64,000 nt of DNA from Candidatus Xenobia bacterium (lineage in GTDB: Bacteria; Vulcanimicrobiota; Xenobia; Xenobiales; QWHO01). Both the position numbers and the translations under genes were made by a program. The notes beneath the pieces are model-generated. The model was not told the origin of the DNA, searched no databases, and worked only from the letters and a program-made list of their open reading frames with translations. The stretch spans positions 72,767 through 136,766 of the forward strand of contig BTUM01000008.1 in NCBI GenBank assembly GCA_045863235.1, in the 5' to 3' direction. This document shows positions 19,354 through 28,530 of the stretch, in pieces (positions within the stretch are counted from its first letter, which is position 1; each line of letters begins with the position of its first letter).

Positions 19354-21633
19354 TTGAAAAGCGAGTTCTTCATAGCCCGTCTCGAGCGGGCCCTGGTGGA
19401 GCGCCCCAACGACCCCTCGCTTCACTACGAATTCGGGCATTACTTTTTCAAGCAGGGCGAGTGGGTCCGCGCCCAACGATCGCTGGAGAAGGCGGCCACG
19501 CTCGATCCGCGCATGACCCGGGCCAGCTTCGAGCTGGGCATCTGTTACACGCGCCTGCGCAATTACGAATCGGCCATCCGCGAGTGGGAGAAGATGACCG
19601 ACCACGACCAGGACTTGAACCTGGACGACATCGACTACTCGCGCGGTCAAGACATCGCCGGGGCCCTGCAAGAGTGGGATCGCTATCGGGCGTCGGCACC
19701 CGACGACATCTTCAAGTTTTACTATCTGGGAATCGCGGCCCTGGTGCTTGGCCGGCCCCAGCAGGCTATGAGCGACTTCGACAAGGTGGTGGCCTTCAAC
19801 CAGAATTTCAATCGGGTCCGCTACTATCGCGGCCGGGCGCAGCACCGGTTGGGCAAGTTCATGGAGGCGGGCCAGGAGTTCATGGCCCAACTCGAGTCGC
19901 GCCCTCGAGACTTCAACTCGCTCTACTTCGCCGGGGCCTGTCTGGTGGAGCTCGGGCGCACCCCCCAGGCCCTGCAGGCCTTCAACCGGGCCCTGCAAGA
20001 GCGACCGGTCTACGTCAAGCTGCATGTCAAAATGGGCACCGCCTACGCCAACATGATGCAATTCGACCAGGCCACCGAGTGCTTTCGCAAGGCCCTGAAC
20101 GTACAGCCCAACCTGTTCCAGGCCCACTTCGAGCTGGCCCGTTGCCTGGAGAAGCAGTATCTCATGGACGAGGCGGTGGAGGCCTACGAGAAAGCCCTCG
20201 AGATCCGCCCCACTTACAAGGAAGCCGCTCTGAGCCTGGGCTTCTTGCTCAAGAACCTGGGCAAGCACGTGCAGGCTCTGCAGTATCTCAAGCGGGTCAT
20301 CGAGCTCGACCCGAATGAAGCCGAGGCCTACTACCTGGCCGGGGTGATCTTGAGCGCCCTGAACCGCTATGCCGAAGCCGTGCCCCAGTATCAGAAGGCG
20401 CTCCGCATCCAGCCTCGCCACTCCTACGCCCACTATGCGCTGGGCAAGGCACTTCTCAAGTGCGATCAGGTGGACGAAGCCATCGAGGCCTTCCGCCAGG
20501 CGCTCGAGCAGAACGAACGCGACAGCCAGTCGCGCACTGCTCTCGGCATGGCCTACTTCCAGAAAGGGCAACATGCCCTGGCCCGGCGTCAGTTCGAGAA
20601 GGTGGTCGAGGCCAATCCGCGCGACGCCGAGGCCCAGTACTTCCTCGGGGTGGTGCACTTCAAGCAGCACGCTTACGACCTGGCCATCGAGGCCTACCAG
20701 AACGCGGCCAACCTGCATCCCAACAGCGCGCTGCGCTACTTTACCCAGGGCGCCTTCCACTCTTACAACCGGCAATACGATCACGCCATCGAGGAATACA
20801 AGAAGGCGACCGAGCTCCGGCCCGACACCGAGGCCGACCTGCAGCTCTTCGCCGTGCTCCAGCTGCAGGCCACCGTGGGCTTGAACCTGGCCCAGCAGGG
20901 CCGCGAGCTGCAGAAATTTGCCCTGGCTCAGGAAGAGGTGTTCATCCGCTTCGTGCAGGCCATCTCCTCCGCCCTGGACGCCAAAGACCCCTATACCCGC
21001 TTCCACTCCAAGCAGGTCGCCTACATTGGCACCCGCCTGGCACAGCAGCTCGGGCTCCCCGACGACAAGCTCAAGGAGATCATGATCGGGGGCTGGCTGC
21101 ACGACATCGGCAAAATCGGCATTCGTGACGAGGTCTTGAATAAGGCCGGCAAGCTCACCGACGAGGAGCGCAAGCTGATCCAACGGCATCCCGAGATCGG
21201 GGCCGAGATCCTCCGCCAGGTGTTCCCGGAAGAGGTTGAGGGCAAGGAGGTCATCTACCGGATCCCCTGGGACGTCATCCCCATGGTGCTGCATCACCAC
21301 GAAAAATGGGATGGCACAGGCTATCCGCATGGCCTGGCCGGGGAAGACATCCCATACACCGCTCAGATCATCGGGGTGGCCGACTTCTACGACGCACTCA
21401 CCACGAACCGACCTTACCGCAAGGCGCTGGCTCCCGGCGTGGCCATGAACGAGATGCGCCAGCTGGTGGGGAAATTCTTCAGCCCCGTGCTCATCGACGC
21501 CTTCGAGACCATTCTCGACGAACTGGTGCTGGCCATGCCCCCGCCCGTCGAGCTCGACGCCGCAGGTGTGCCCAAACTCGGCGACGATGCTTGGGATGGC
21601 CTCACCCAGTCGTGGAATTTCGTTCTTAAATAA
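19354..21633 (+). CDS. TPR-repeat protein with C-terminal HD-GYP c-di-GMP phosphodiesterase domain
   Basis: More than 10 TPR-like repeats; DAKDPYTRFHS, LHDIGKIG, HHHEKWDGTGYP, ADFYDALTTNRPYRK all intact. Confidence 0.92.
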   Translation: MKSEFFIARLERALVERPNDPSLHYEFGHYFFKQGEWVRAQRSLEKAATLDPRMTRASFELGICYTRLRNYESAIREWEKMTDHDQDLNLDDIDYSRGQDIAGALQEWDRYRASAPDDIFKFYYLGIAALVLGRPQQAMSDFDKVVAFNQNFNRVRYYRGRAQHRLGKFMEAGQEFMAQLESRPRDFNSLYFAGACLVELGRTPQALQAFNRALQERPVYVKLHVKMGTAYANMMQFDQATECFRKALNVQPNLFQAHFELARCLEKQYLMDEAVEAYEKALEIRPTYKEAALSLGFLLKNLGKHVQALQYLKRVIELDPNEAEAYYLAGVILSALNRYAEAVPQYQKALRIQPRHSYAHYALGKALLKCDQVDEAIEAFRQALEQNERDSQSRTALGMAYFQKGQHALARRQFEKVVEANPRDAEAQYFLGVVHFKQHAYDLAIEAYQNAANLHPNSALRYFTQGAFHSYNRQYDHAIEEYKKATELRPDTEADLQLFAVLQLQATVGLNLAQQGRELQKFALAQEEVFIRFVQAISSALDAKDPYTRFHSKQVAYIGTRLAQQLGLPDDKLKEIMIGGWLHDIGKIGIRDEVLNKAGKLTDEERKLIQRHPEIGAEILRQVFPEEVEGKEVIYRIPWDVIPMVLHHHEKWDGTGYPHGLAGEDIPYTAQIIGVADFYDALTTNRPYRKALAPGVAMNEMRQLVGKFFSPVLIDAFETILDELVLAMPPPVELDAAGVPKLGDDAWDGLTQSWNFVLK

Positions 21634-21767
21634 AAGTTTATCGCCCCTACGCGGTGAACAGGCCCGTCCCTGCGGGGCAGGAACCCGGAGTGTCTCCGGG
21701 GAACTTAGGATTTTCACCGCTTTTGGAATAAATTTCAAGTCAGAACGCTTTGTTTGGGGTGATTGTG

Positions 21768-23513
21768 GTGTCCAATCGATCCGCTAAAATCCTGGCCCTT
21801 TTGTTGTGGTGCCTGACTTCACAGGCCTTTGGCCAGACTATCTACGACCGGATGATTTTTCAAAATCAGGAGCTGACCCCGGCCATATCCCAGCAAGGTC
21901 CTCGGGCCCTGGTCAACCTGCAAGACCCCATGGTGCGCCGCCTGGTCGACCTCTCCTCGGCCCGGCTGCACTGGTCCACCACCGGTCAGACGCTATTCGT
22001 CTATGCACCGGGGCGCGAGAGCTTCTGGACCTTTAACTCGCCCACTGTCACGGTCAACGGACAAGAGATCACGGCACCCGGGCGTATGTTCGGCGACCAG
22101 GTCACCACCATGATCGAGCCCGCCGCCCTGATCTACGCGCTCTGCTTGCGCGCCGTGCCATCCACTGCGGGTGGCCCCACCCAGCTCCTGCCCATGCTGC
22201 AGTCAGTCTCGATCTCCAAGGAAGCCTACCCGACCGTGACCATCCGGGCTTCGGCGCCACTCACTTACACCGTCGAGAAGCCGGAAGCCGGACTGGTGGT
22301 GCTCAAGTTCAGCGACCTGATCTGGGCCGGCGAGGGCCGCAACTTTTCCCAGGGAAGCCTGAAGGCCGAAGTGATCGGGGGCAGTCTCCCCGGAGAGCCG
22401 CTGGAAGTGCGCTTGCAGCTTCCCCCCGCGTGGGACGGGCAACTCAAGCCGGGCACCTTCAAGAACGAGCTGGCCATCACCACGGTCCCCAGCTCCCAGT
22501 TGGTGGGAGCCGGTCCTCCGGTAGGCCTGCAGCGCATCGACTACCGACGGGTGGACGGGGACGATCTGGTCATTTTCTACGCTGAGGATCCGGTTCGCTT
22601 CAGCTGGGAGTTCGACCCCACCAGCCGCGTGCTGATCATGGAGTTCCCCGGTGTCACGATGGACGCTCCCCCGAATCCCCTGGAGGCTCCCGGCGCACCC
22701 CTGTCGGCCGGACGCTTCGAGCAACTCGACGCGGACGGCATCCCGGTGCTGCGCTTCACCGGCCAGGTAGCCCCCGGCTATGCCTATGAGTTCTTCGAGA
22801 TCGAGAACGCGCGCGGGTCGCTGGTGCTGCGACTGGCACCCGAAACCAGCCTGACACGGCTGGAAAACAAAGGAACTGCCGCGACCCGGGGCTACGTGGC
22901 CGCGGGTGGCCGCGGGGTGGTGGTCATCGACGCCGGTCATGGCGGCGGCGACCCGGGCTGCTACAGCCGCCACCACGGGGTCTACGAGAAGGACATCACC
23001 CTGGACATCGCCCGCCGGCTCAAGACCGTGCTCGAGCGTCAGGGCTGGAAAGTGCTGATGACCCGCGAGACCGACCGAGACGTGACCTACGCCGGCTCGC
23101 CCGACAAGATGGAGCTGCAGGCTCGCTGCGATGTGGCCAACGACGTGGGTGCGGACCTCTTCATCAGCATCCACTGCAATGCCAGCGCCAGTGGCCAGGG
23201 GAACGGCACCTCCATCCACTGGTACAAAGAAGAAGACTACGAATTCGCTCGCAACCTCGAGCCCATGCTGGGCGAGGCCATCGGGGTGGGCAACCAGGGG
23301 CTGCGACGCGACTCGTTCTACGTGCTGCGCCACACCAGCATGCCGGCCGTGCTGGTGGAGACCGCCTACTTGAGTCATCCACACGATTCCTCGCGGCTGG
23401 TCCAGCCGCAGGTGCGTCAGTTGATCGCCGAGCGTCTGGCCGGAGGACTGGTGCAGTTCATGAGCGGTCGCTACGCTCGGGCCGGCAATTACCGCCAGCA
23501 GCCGATGCGCTGA
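21768..23513 (+). CDS. N-acetylmuramoyl-L-alanine amidase (Amidase_3) with N-terminal AMIN-like domains
   Basis: Signal peptide; IDAGHGG.DPG, EKDITL, FISIHCNA, PAVLVETAYLS; start uncertain (21750 or 21768). Confidence 0.9.
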   Translation: MSNRSAKILALLLWCLTSQAFGQTIYDRMIFQNQELTPAISQQGPRALVNLQDPMVRRLVDLSSARLHWSTTGQTLFVYAPGRESFWTFNSPTVTVNGQEITAPGRMFGDQVTTMIEPAALIYALCLRAVPSTAGGPTQLLPMLQSVSISKEAYPTVTIRASAPLTYTVEKPEAGLVVLKFSDLIWAGEGRNFSQGSLKAEVIGGSLPGEPLEVRLQLPPAWDGQLKPGTFKNELAITTVPSSQLVGAGPPVGLQRIDYRRVDGDDLVIFYAEDPVRFSWEFDPTSRVLIMEFPGVTMDAPPNPLEAPGAPLSAGRFEQLDADGIPVLRFTGQVAPGYAYEFFEIENARGSLVLRLAPETSLTRLENKGTAATRGYVAAGGRGVVVIDAGHGGGDPGCYSRHHGVYEKDITLDIARRLKTVLERQGWKVLMTRETDRDVTYAGSPDKMELQARCDVANDVGADLFISIHCNASASGQGNGTSIHWYKEEDYEFARNLEPMLGEAIGVGNQGLRRDSFYVLRHTSMPAVLVETAYLSHPHDSSRLVQPQVRQLIAERLAGGLVQFMSGRYARAGNYRQQPMR

Positions 23514-23629
23514 AGGCTGGCGATGTTACCACGATGTAACCGGATGGACACGCCCTAGACGGGAAAAACCCGGTGCGGTATAGGAAGGCAAGACAGAGAA
23601 GACAAGACGTTGTTGAGGAGGATATCGAG

Positions 23630-24256
23630 ATGGGTGGTGTAGGACGCGCCATTGGACGAGTCGTCGGGGGAGTGGCCCGGGCCGTAGGCGGAGTGGTCAA
23701 AGGGGTCGTCAACATCGCGACCGCCCCCCTCAAACTGGTTGGCAACATTGCCAAAGGCATCCTGGGCAACCCAATGCTGGCTGGATTGCTTGGTACCGTC
23801 GGTGGCGGCCTGCTCGGCTTCGCCCTGGGCGGACCCATCGGGGCGATGCTGGGTGCAGGCCTGGGCGGACAGCTCGGCTCGGGCGCCAGCATGATGTTCA
23901 TGCAGCATCAGGCCGCTCAGCAGCAGCAGGCCTTCATGCAGCAGATGATGATGCAGAACAATCAGCAGTTCGGCATGACCAACGCGATGATGCCCCAGTT
24001 CGGGATGCCGATGACCCAGATGCCCATGCTGCCCGGCCAGTACGGCCCTCCGTACGGGATGCCTCAAATGGGGATGCCGATGGGGATGCCGGGCCAGATG
24101 GACCCGCAGATGATCTTCATGATGGGGTTCATGATGGGCCAGATGTCCGCCCAGCAGGGCCAGCAGCACTGTTGCGGGCAGCCCCCTCAGTGCCCGCCGC
24201 CTCGCCCGCCGATCCCGCCCTGTCACTGCCACGGGCCCCGTCAGTTCCTCTGCTGA
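23630..24256 (+). CDS. Gly-zipper plus Met/Gln/Pro-rich low-complexity protein
   Basis: SD GAGGAG before ATG 23630; strong GC3 bias; no family recognised. Confidence 0.75.
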   Translation: MGGVGRAIGRVVGGVARAVGGVVKGVVNIATAPLKLVGNIAKGILGNPMLAGLLGTVGGGLLGFALGGPIGAMLGAGLGGQLGSGASMMFMQHQAAQQQQAFMQQMMMQNNQQFGMTNAMMPQFGMPMTQMPMLPGQYGPPYGMPQMGMPMGMPGQMDPQMIFMMGFMMGQMSAQQGQQHCCGQPPQCPPPRPPIPPCHCHGPRQFLC

Positions 24257-24317
24257 GGGAAACCGGTCGTCAGGTCGCGAAATGGACGGGCAAGCCCCGT
24301 CCTTTTTGTCTGTACGG

Positions 24318-25142
24318 ATGGATTACAGCGACTACGCCGCCATTTACGACGCCGAGTATGCTGGCTACGACGATGACGTAGCCTTCTATCTCGAGTGGGC
24401 CCAAAAGGCCCATCCCCCGGCTCTCGAGCTGGGCTGTGGGACCGGGCGCATCTTGCTGCCCCTGGCCGACAATGGGGTCGAGATGTGGGGCCTGGACAGT
24501 TGCTCGGCCATGCTCGAGCGAGCCCGGGCCAAGCTGAGCTCCCGACCGCTCGAAACCCGCCAGCGGGTGACCCTGGTCGAGCAGGACATGACCTCCTTCC
24601 GGCTCAACCGCAAGTTCGGGCTCATCTACCTGCCGTTCCGCGAGTTCATGCACCTGACCCGGGTGGACCAGCAGCTTGCATGTCTGCACGCCATCAGGCG
24701 GCACCTGCGCAGCGATGGACGCCTGCTGATCAACGTCTACGACGTGGACCTGGTCACCCTGGTGCACAGCCGCCAGGCGGCCGACCCGGTGCTCTACCGC
24801 CAGCCTGGAGGGGATTACTTGGATGAGCAAGGCCGCCAGGTGTTGCTCAGTTCGGCCTCGCGCTACGATCCCGAGCAGCAGTGCCTGTTCGAGGAGCGCT
24901 TCTACGAAACCATCGGCCCCGGAGGCCAGATCCTGGAACGGCGCTTCGTGCGCCTCAGCCAGCGATGGTTCTTCCGCTGGGAGATGGTTCACCTGCTCTC
25001 TCGCAGTGGCTTCAAGGTGGAGCAGTTGCTGGGGGGCTACTTCGGCGAGCGCTACAGCGGGCTGGGCCAGGAGATGATCTTCGTGGCCCGCCTGCGCCCC
25101 CGCCGGAACTGGAGCAGCGTCGGCTCGACGGTGCGTTCTTAA
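24318..25142 (+). CDS. Class I SAM-dependent methyltransferase
   Basis: LELGCGTGR, GLD.C.AML, QDM motifs. Confidence 0.9.
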   Translation: MDYSDYAAIYDAEYAGYDDDVAFYLEWAQKAHPPALELGCGTGRILLPLADNGVEMWGLDSCSAMLERARAKLSSRPLETRQRVTLVEQDMTSFRLNRKFGLIYLPFREFMHLTRVDQQLACLHAIRRHLRSDGRLLINVYDVDLVTLVHSRQAADPVLYRQPGGDYLDEQGRQVLLSSASRYDPEQQCLFEERFYETIGPGGQILERRFVRLSQRWFFRWEMVHLLSRSGFKVEQLLGGYFGERYSGLGQEMIFVARLRPRRNWSSVGSTVRS

Positions 25143-25168
25143 AGTCCGGGGCGAGCCGGTCTTGCACT

Positions 25169-25678
25169 TTAGCTTCGCGCCGCCAACTGAGCCAGATGAA
25201 ACAGCACCAGCAGGCTGTCCACGCTGCGCGCGGCATCCTCCGGGCCAAAGCTGCCCACCTCCCAGGTCTTGCTCACTTCCAGGCCCGAACGACCGCCGGT
25301 CAACTCGATGAAGGGCTCCAGGCCAGCGATCGCCGGCAGGGAGTCGCTGGTGAAGAGGGGGAAGGTGGGCGGGTGCAGTTGCACCAGATAGTTTTCGTCG
25401 AACTGGGCAAAGCCCGTCTTGACCTCGCGCGATTGGCCCACCTCATCCAGAATGCGGGTGACGGTGCTTTCGGGCGAGAGGCTGAGCTGGAACGGCTGGG
25501 GCACGGGCACCCGCAAGATGGCCTTGCCGCCCACGTCCAGATCAAACTGCACAGGCACGCCGTCGAACGAGCACTCCATCGAGACGCCTGGAGCCTCGGT
25601 GGCCCGCGATTTGATGTTCTGGTAGCCTCTCTGCTGCAGGGCCTCCTGCAGTTGAATTGCGAACTCCTCGGTTTTCAT
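25169..25678 (-). CDS. Hypothetical protein
   Basis: ATG 25678 overlaps the upstream hydrolase stop (ATGA); SD GGGAGG. Confidence 0.7.
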   Translation of the reverse strand: MKTEEFAIQLQEALQQRGYQNIKSRATEAPGVSMECSFDGVPVQFDLDVGGKAILRVPVPQPFQLSLSPESTVTRILDEVGQSREVKTGFAQFDENYLVQLHPPTFPLFTSDSLPAIAGLEPFIELTGGRSGLEVSKTWEVGSFGPEDAARSVDSLLVLFHLAQLAARS

Positions 25679-26445
25679 GCGGCCTCCCAGCGGCTGATGA
25701 CATCCAGGTCTTCCGGGGTCAGGTCTTCTCGACCCTGCAGACAATTCATCCAGAATCGACGGGTCAAGCGGGCGATGGAAGGCAGCCAGCGCTCGAGCCG
25801 CATCCCCAGCCCGGCGAACGTAAGGTGCTCGGCCTCCTCGAAAACGGCCAGATAGCGAGGTCTAGCCCGCAGTCTGGGAAAAATCTCCAAACGCTGCTCG
25901 TAGGTCCTGGTGGCGGTGAGCGAGTGGTCACGGGTACCGGTGAGCATGAGGGTGGGCGCCTGGAGAGCCACCAAGGCCTCATCGCTGAGGCTGCCCGGGA
26001 AGGGGGGAGACATGAGCAGCAGGCCCTCACAGCCCTCCTGAGCAGCCAGGGCGGCCACCGTGGCCGACCCATAGGAGTGCCCGGCCAATCCGACCGGCGC
26101 CCCGGCCAGCTCGGGGTGAAGCGCCAGCAGTTGACCCCGAGCAAAGCGTAGATCCTCCACCCGATGACGGAACTCCTGGTGGTCTTGCTCCACCAGATGT
26201 TCGATCCGGGCGGCAAAGTCGCGCCCCACCTCGGACTTGAGTCGGGCCAGAGCCTCGTGGTTGCTGCCGACGTGCTCCACCACGGCCACCGCCATCCCCT
26301 GCTCGGCCCAGTCCCGGGCCAGGTAGGCATAGCCGTTGCACGCGCCGCCATAGCCGGGAGAGAACAGCACCAGCGGGCCGCGTGCGGGATAGAGGCAGAC
26401 GGGCACCTTGCGTCCCCGGGCCTGGTCGTGGAGATCGAGTGTCAA
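25675..26445 (-). CDS. Alpha/beta hydrolase (PAF-AH/dienelactone-like)
   Basis: FSPGYGG, nucleophile elbow GHSYG, GTRD, AEHLTF. Confidence 0.88.
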   Translation of the reverse strand: MTLDLHDQARGRKVPVCLYPARGPLVLFSPGYGGACNGYAYLARDWAEQGMAVAVVEHVGSNHEALARLKSEVGRDFAARIEHLVEQDHQEFRHRVEDLRFARGQLLALHPELAGAPVGLAGHSYGSATVAALAAQEGCEGLLLMSPPFPGSLSDEALVALQAPTLMLTGTRDHSLTATRTYEQRLEIFPRLRARPRYLAVFEEAEHLTFAGLGMRLERWLPSIARLTRRFWMNCLQGREDLTPEDLDVISRWEAA

Positions 26446-26539
26446 AGCCAGGTCGCGCTCTTTCGTGGCCCGGTCGCGAGGACCCTACCGGACGGGGCCG
26501 AAGGCCAAGCCTTCAGCAACCGAAACAGAGGAGGTCGCC

Positions 26540-26809
26540 ATGGCCAAGCGTGCCGAGCCCGAAGAACACGAATACGAGGAAGACAGCGAGGAAGCTTTCA
26601 AAAAGGCCGACCGGGCTCTTCAGAAGTACCTCAAGTCGCTCGAAAAGGGCGATGCCGACAAGCCGGTGAGCGTGCGCCAATTCGCCCAGGGGATGTCCCT
26701 GCTCTACAAGGCCCAGAGCGCCACCATGCTGCTGGTTCTCGACGAGATGGCCAGCATGCTGCAAGATTTCCTGGAAAGTCTGCACGACGAGCCGGACGAA
26801 GAGGACTGA
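26540..26809 (+). CDS. Small acidic hypothetical protein (89 aa)
   Basis: Strong SD GAGGAGG, GC3 bias, helical acidic sequence. Confidence 0.75.
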   Translation: MAKRAEPEEHEYEEDSEEAFKKADRALQKYLKSLEKGDADKPVSVRQFAQGMSLLYKAQSATMLLVLDEMASMLQDFLESLHDEPDEED

Positions 26810-26812
26810 CCC

Positions 26813-27550
26813 TCAGCGCTTGAGGTTGCTCTCGAAGAAGGACCAGATGGCCGCCCAGGCCGCCTGGGCCTGAGTCTTGTCGTAGCCGGCCTGGTTGTTG
26901 GGGTTCATGAAGGCGTGACCCACTTTGGGGAAGACCACAATTTTGTGCTGCTTACCCGCCTCGCTGAGGGCCTTCTCGAAAGCCTTCACAGTATCCAGGG
27001 GAATGCCCCGGTCGGTCTCGCCAAAGATGCCCAGAACAGGCCCTTGCAGGCTCTTCACCCCATCGGCACGCGTCTTGACCTGACCGTAGGCCACCACCGT
27101 GGCCTGCAGGGGCTTGTGCAGAGCCAGCTCCAGGGCGTACCCGCCGCCCATGCACCAGCCGATGCAACCGATCCGGTCCTTCCTGACGTCCTTGCGACCC
27201 TTGAGATAAGCCAGCACGGCCTCCAGGTCGGACAGGGCGCGATCGGCCGGCAAACCGCGCGAGAGCTCGTGGGCCAGGTCGCGATCACCGGTCACCTTGC
27301 CCCGATACAGGTCGACGGCCAGGGCCACGTAACCCTTGCGAGCACACGCGTCGGCCTGCTCCCTGGTCCAGTCGTTGAGACCCCACCATTCGTGAATCAG
27401 GATCACGGCCGGAAAGGGCCCCTTGCCCGTGGGCAGAGCCAGGTAGCCGCTCACCGTTTCGTCGCCCGCTTTGAACTGCACCATCTCGCCGCCGGGGGCG
27501 GCCAGCGCCAGCCCGGTCAAGAACAAAAGGCAGATTGCCCATCTCGTCAT
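26813..27550 (-). CDS. Dienelactone hydrolase family protein, secreted
   Basis: IHEWWGLN, GWCMGG, GETD, GHAF; signal peptide MTRWAICLLFLTGLALA. Confidence 0.92.
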   Translation of the reverse strand: MTRWAICLLFLTGLALAAPGGEMVQFKAGDETVSGYLALPTGKGPFPAVILIHEWWGLNDWTREQADACARKGYVALAVDLYRGKVTGDRDLAHELSRGLPADRALSDLEAVLAYLKGRKDVRKDRIGCIGWCMGGGYALELALHKPLQATVVAYGQVKTRADGVKSLQGPVLGIFGETDRGIPLDTVKAFEKALSEAGKQHKIVVFPKVGHAFMNPNNQAGYDKTQAQAAWAAIWSFFESNLKR

Positions 27551-27551
27551 G

Positions 27552-28454
27552 TCAAGTCCTCCGCATTCTCTGCTCCAGCTCCTCCAGGGTGCGGGGCCAA
27601 TCCTGGCGTAACAGACGCGACAGAGATCGGTCGGCCAGCAGCTTGCCCTGAGTCTGGCAGGTTGGGCAGTAGTTGGTCTCGTTCTCGGCGTAGCGAATGC
27701 GCTGCACCGGCGTGCCGCAATCGGGGCAGGGCAACCGGTAGCGACCGTGCACTGCCATGTCCTCACGAAACGCGGTCACCTTCTCGGGGAACCCCTCCTT
27801 CGCCTCGCGCCGCAGCTTCTCCACCCATTCGCTCAGGGTGGCCCGGGTGGCCTGATAGAGCCGCTCCACCTCCTCGGCGGTCAGCTTCTGAGTGAGCTTC
27901 ACCGGCGACAGCCGGGCCCGATGCAGAATCTCGTCGGAGTAAGCGTTGCCGATGCCCGAGAAGAGGTGGGGGTCGGTAAGGCTGCGCTTGAGAGTGTGGT
28001 TCTCACGCTGCAGCGTGGCCCGGAAGGCGGCAAGGTTCGCCTCCAGCACCTCCAGGCCGCCCGGATCGAACGCTGCCAGCTGCTCTCGGCCGCGCACCAG
28101 GTGCAGGGAAGCGCGCCTCCTGGTGCCAGCCTCGGTCAGGTAGAGGAGCCCGGTGGAGAAGGTGAAGATGGCCATCGGCCTGAGGGCCGGACCCTTCTGG
28201 CTGGCCTGTCGCCAGCGCAGGCGGCCTGCGATCATGAGGTGCAACACGCTGAACAGCTCGCCCTCGAACTCAAAGACCAGGCGCTTTCCCAGACGGGCGA
28301 AACCCACCACTCTGCGCCCGATCAACTCGGACACGGGCGGCTCCACGCTGCGCAGCAGAAAGGGGCTGCCCAGTTCGAGATTCTCCAGCACCGCGCCACC
28401 GATTCGCTCTTCGAGTGCCTCCAGGTAGACGACCACGTCGGGTAGCTCCGGCAT
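27552..28454 (-). CDS. Fpg/Nei family DNA glycosylase/AP lyase
   Basis: MPELPDV N-terminus, HLMIAG, H2TH GIGNAYSDEIL, zinc finger CPDC...CPTCQ. Confidence 0.93.
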   Translation of the reverse strand: MPELPDVVVYLEALEERIGGAVLENLELGSPFLLRSVEPPVSELIGRRVVGFARLGKRLVFEFEGELFSVLHLMIAGRLRWRQASQKGPALRPMAIFTFSTGLLYLTEAGTRRRASLHLVRGREQLAAFDPGGLEVLEANLAAFRATLQRENHTLKRSLTDPHLFSGIGNAYSDEILHRARLSPVKLTQKLTAEEVERLYQATRATLSEWVEKLRREAKEGFPEKVTAFREDMAVHGRYRLPCPDCGTPVQRIRYAENETNYCPTCQTQGKLLADRSLSRLLRQDWPRTLEELEQRMRRT

Positions 28455-28530
28455 TTCACTGGCTTGCGATTCGGCTCGCCCGGTTCCTCCTCGGAGTAAC
28501 TCGAGGCCTGGACGCCGAATCTACCCTCCA

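Noticed and set aside
19207..21738. 843-aa minus-strand ORF
   Set aside because: Antisense shadow of the TPR-HD-GYP gene; high GC3 suppresses stops and no motifs are present
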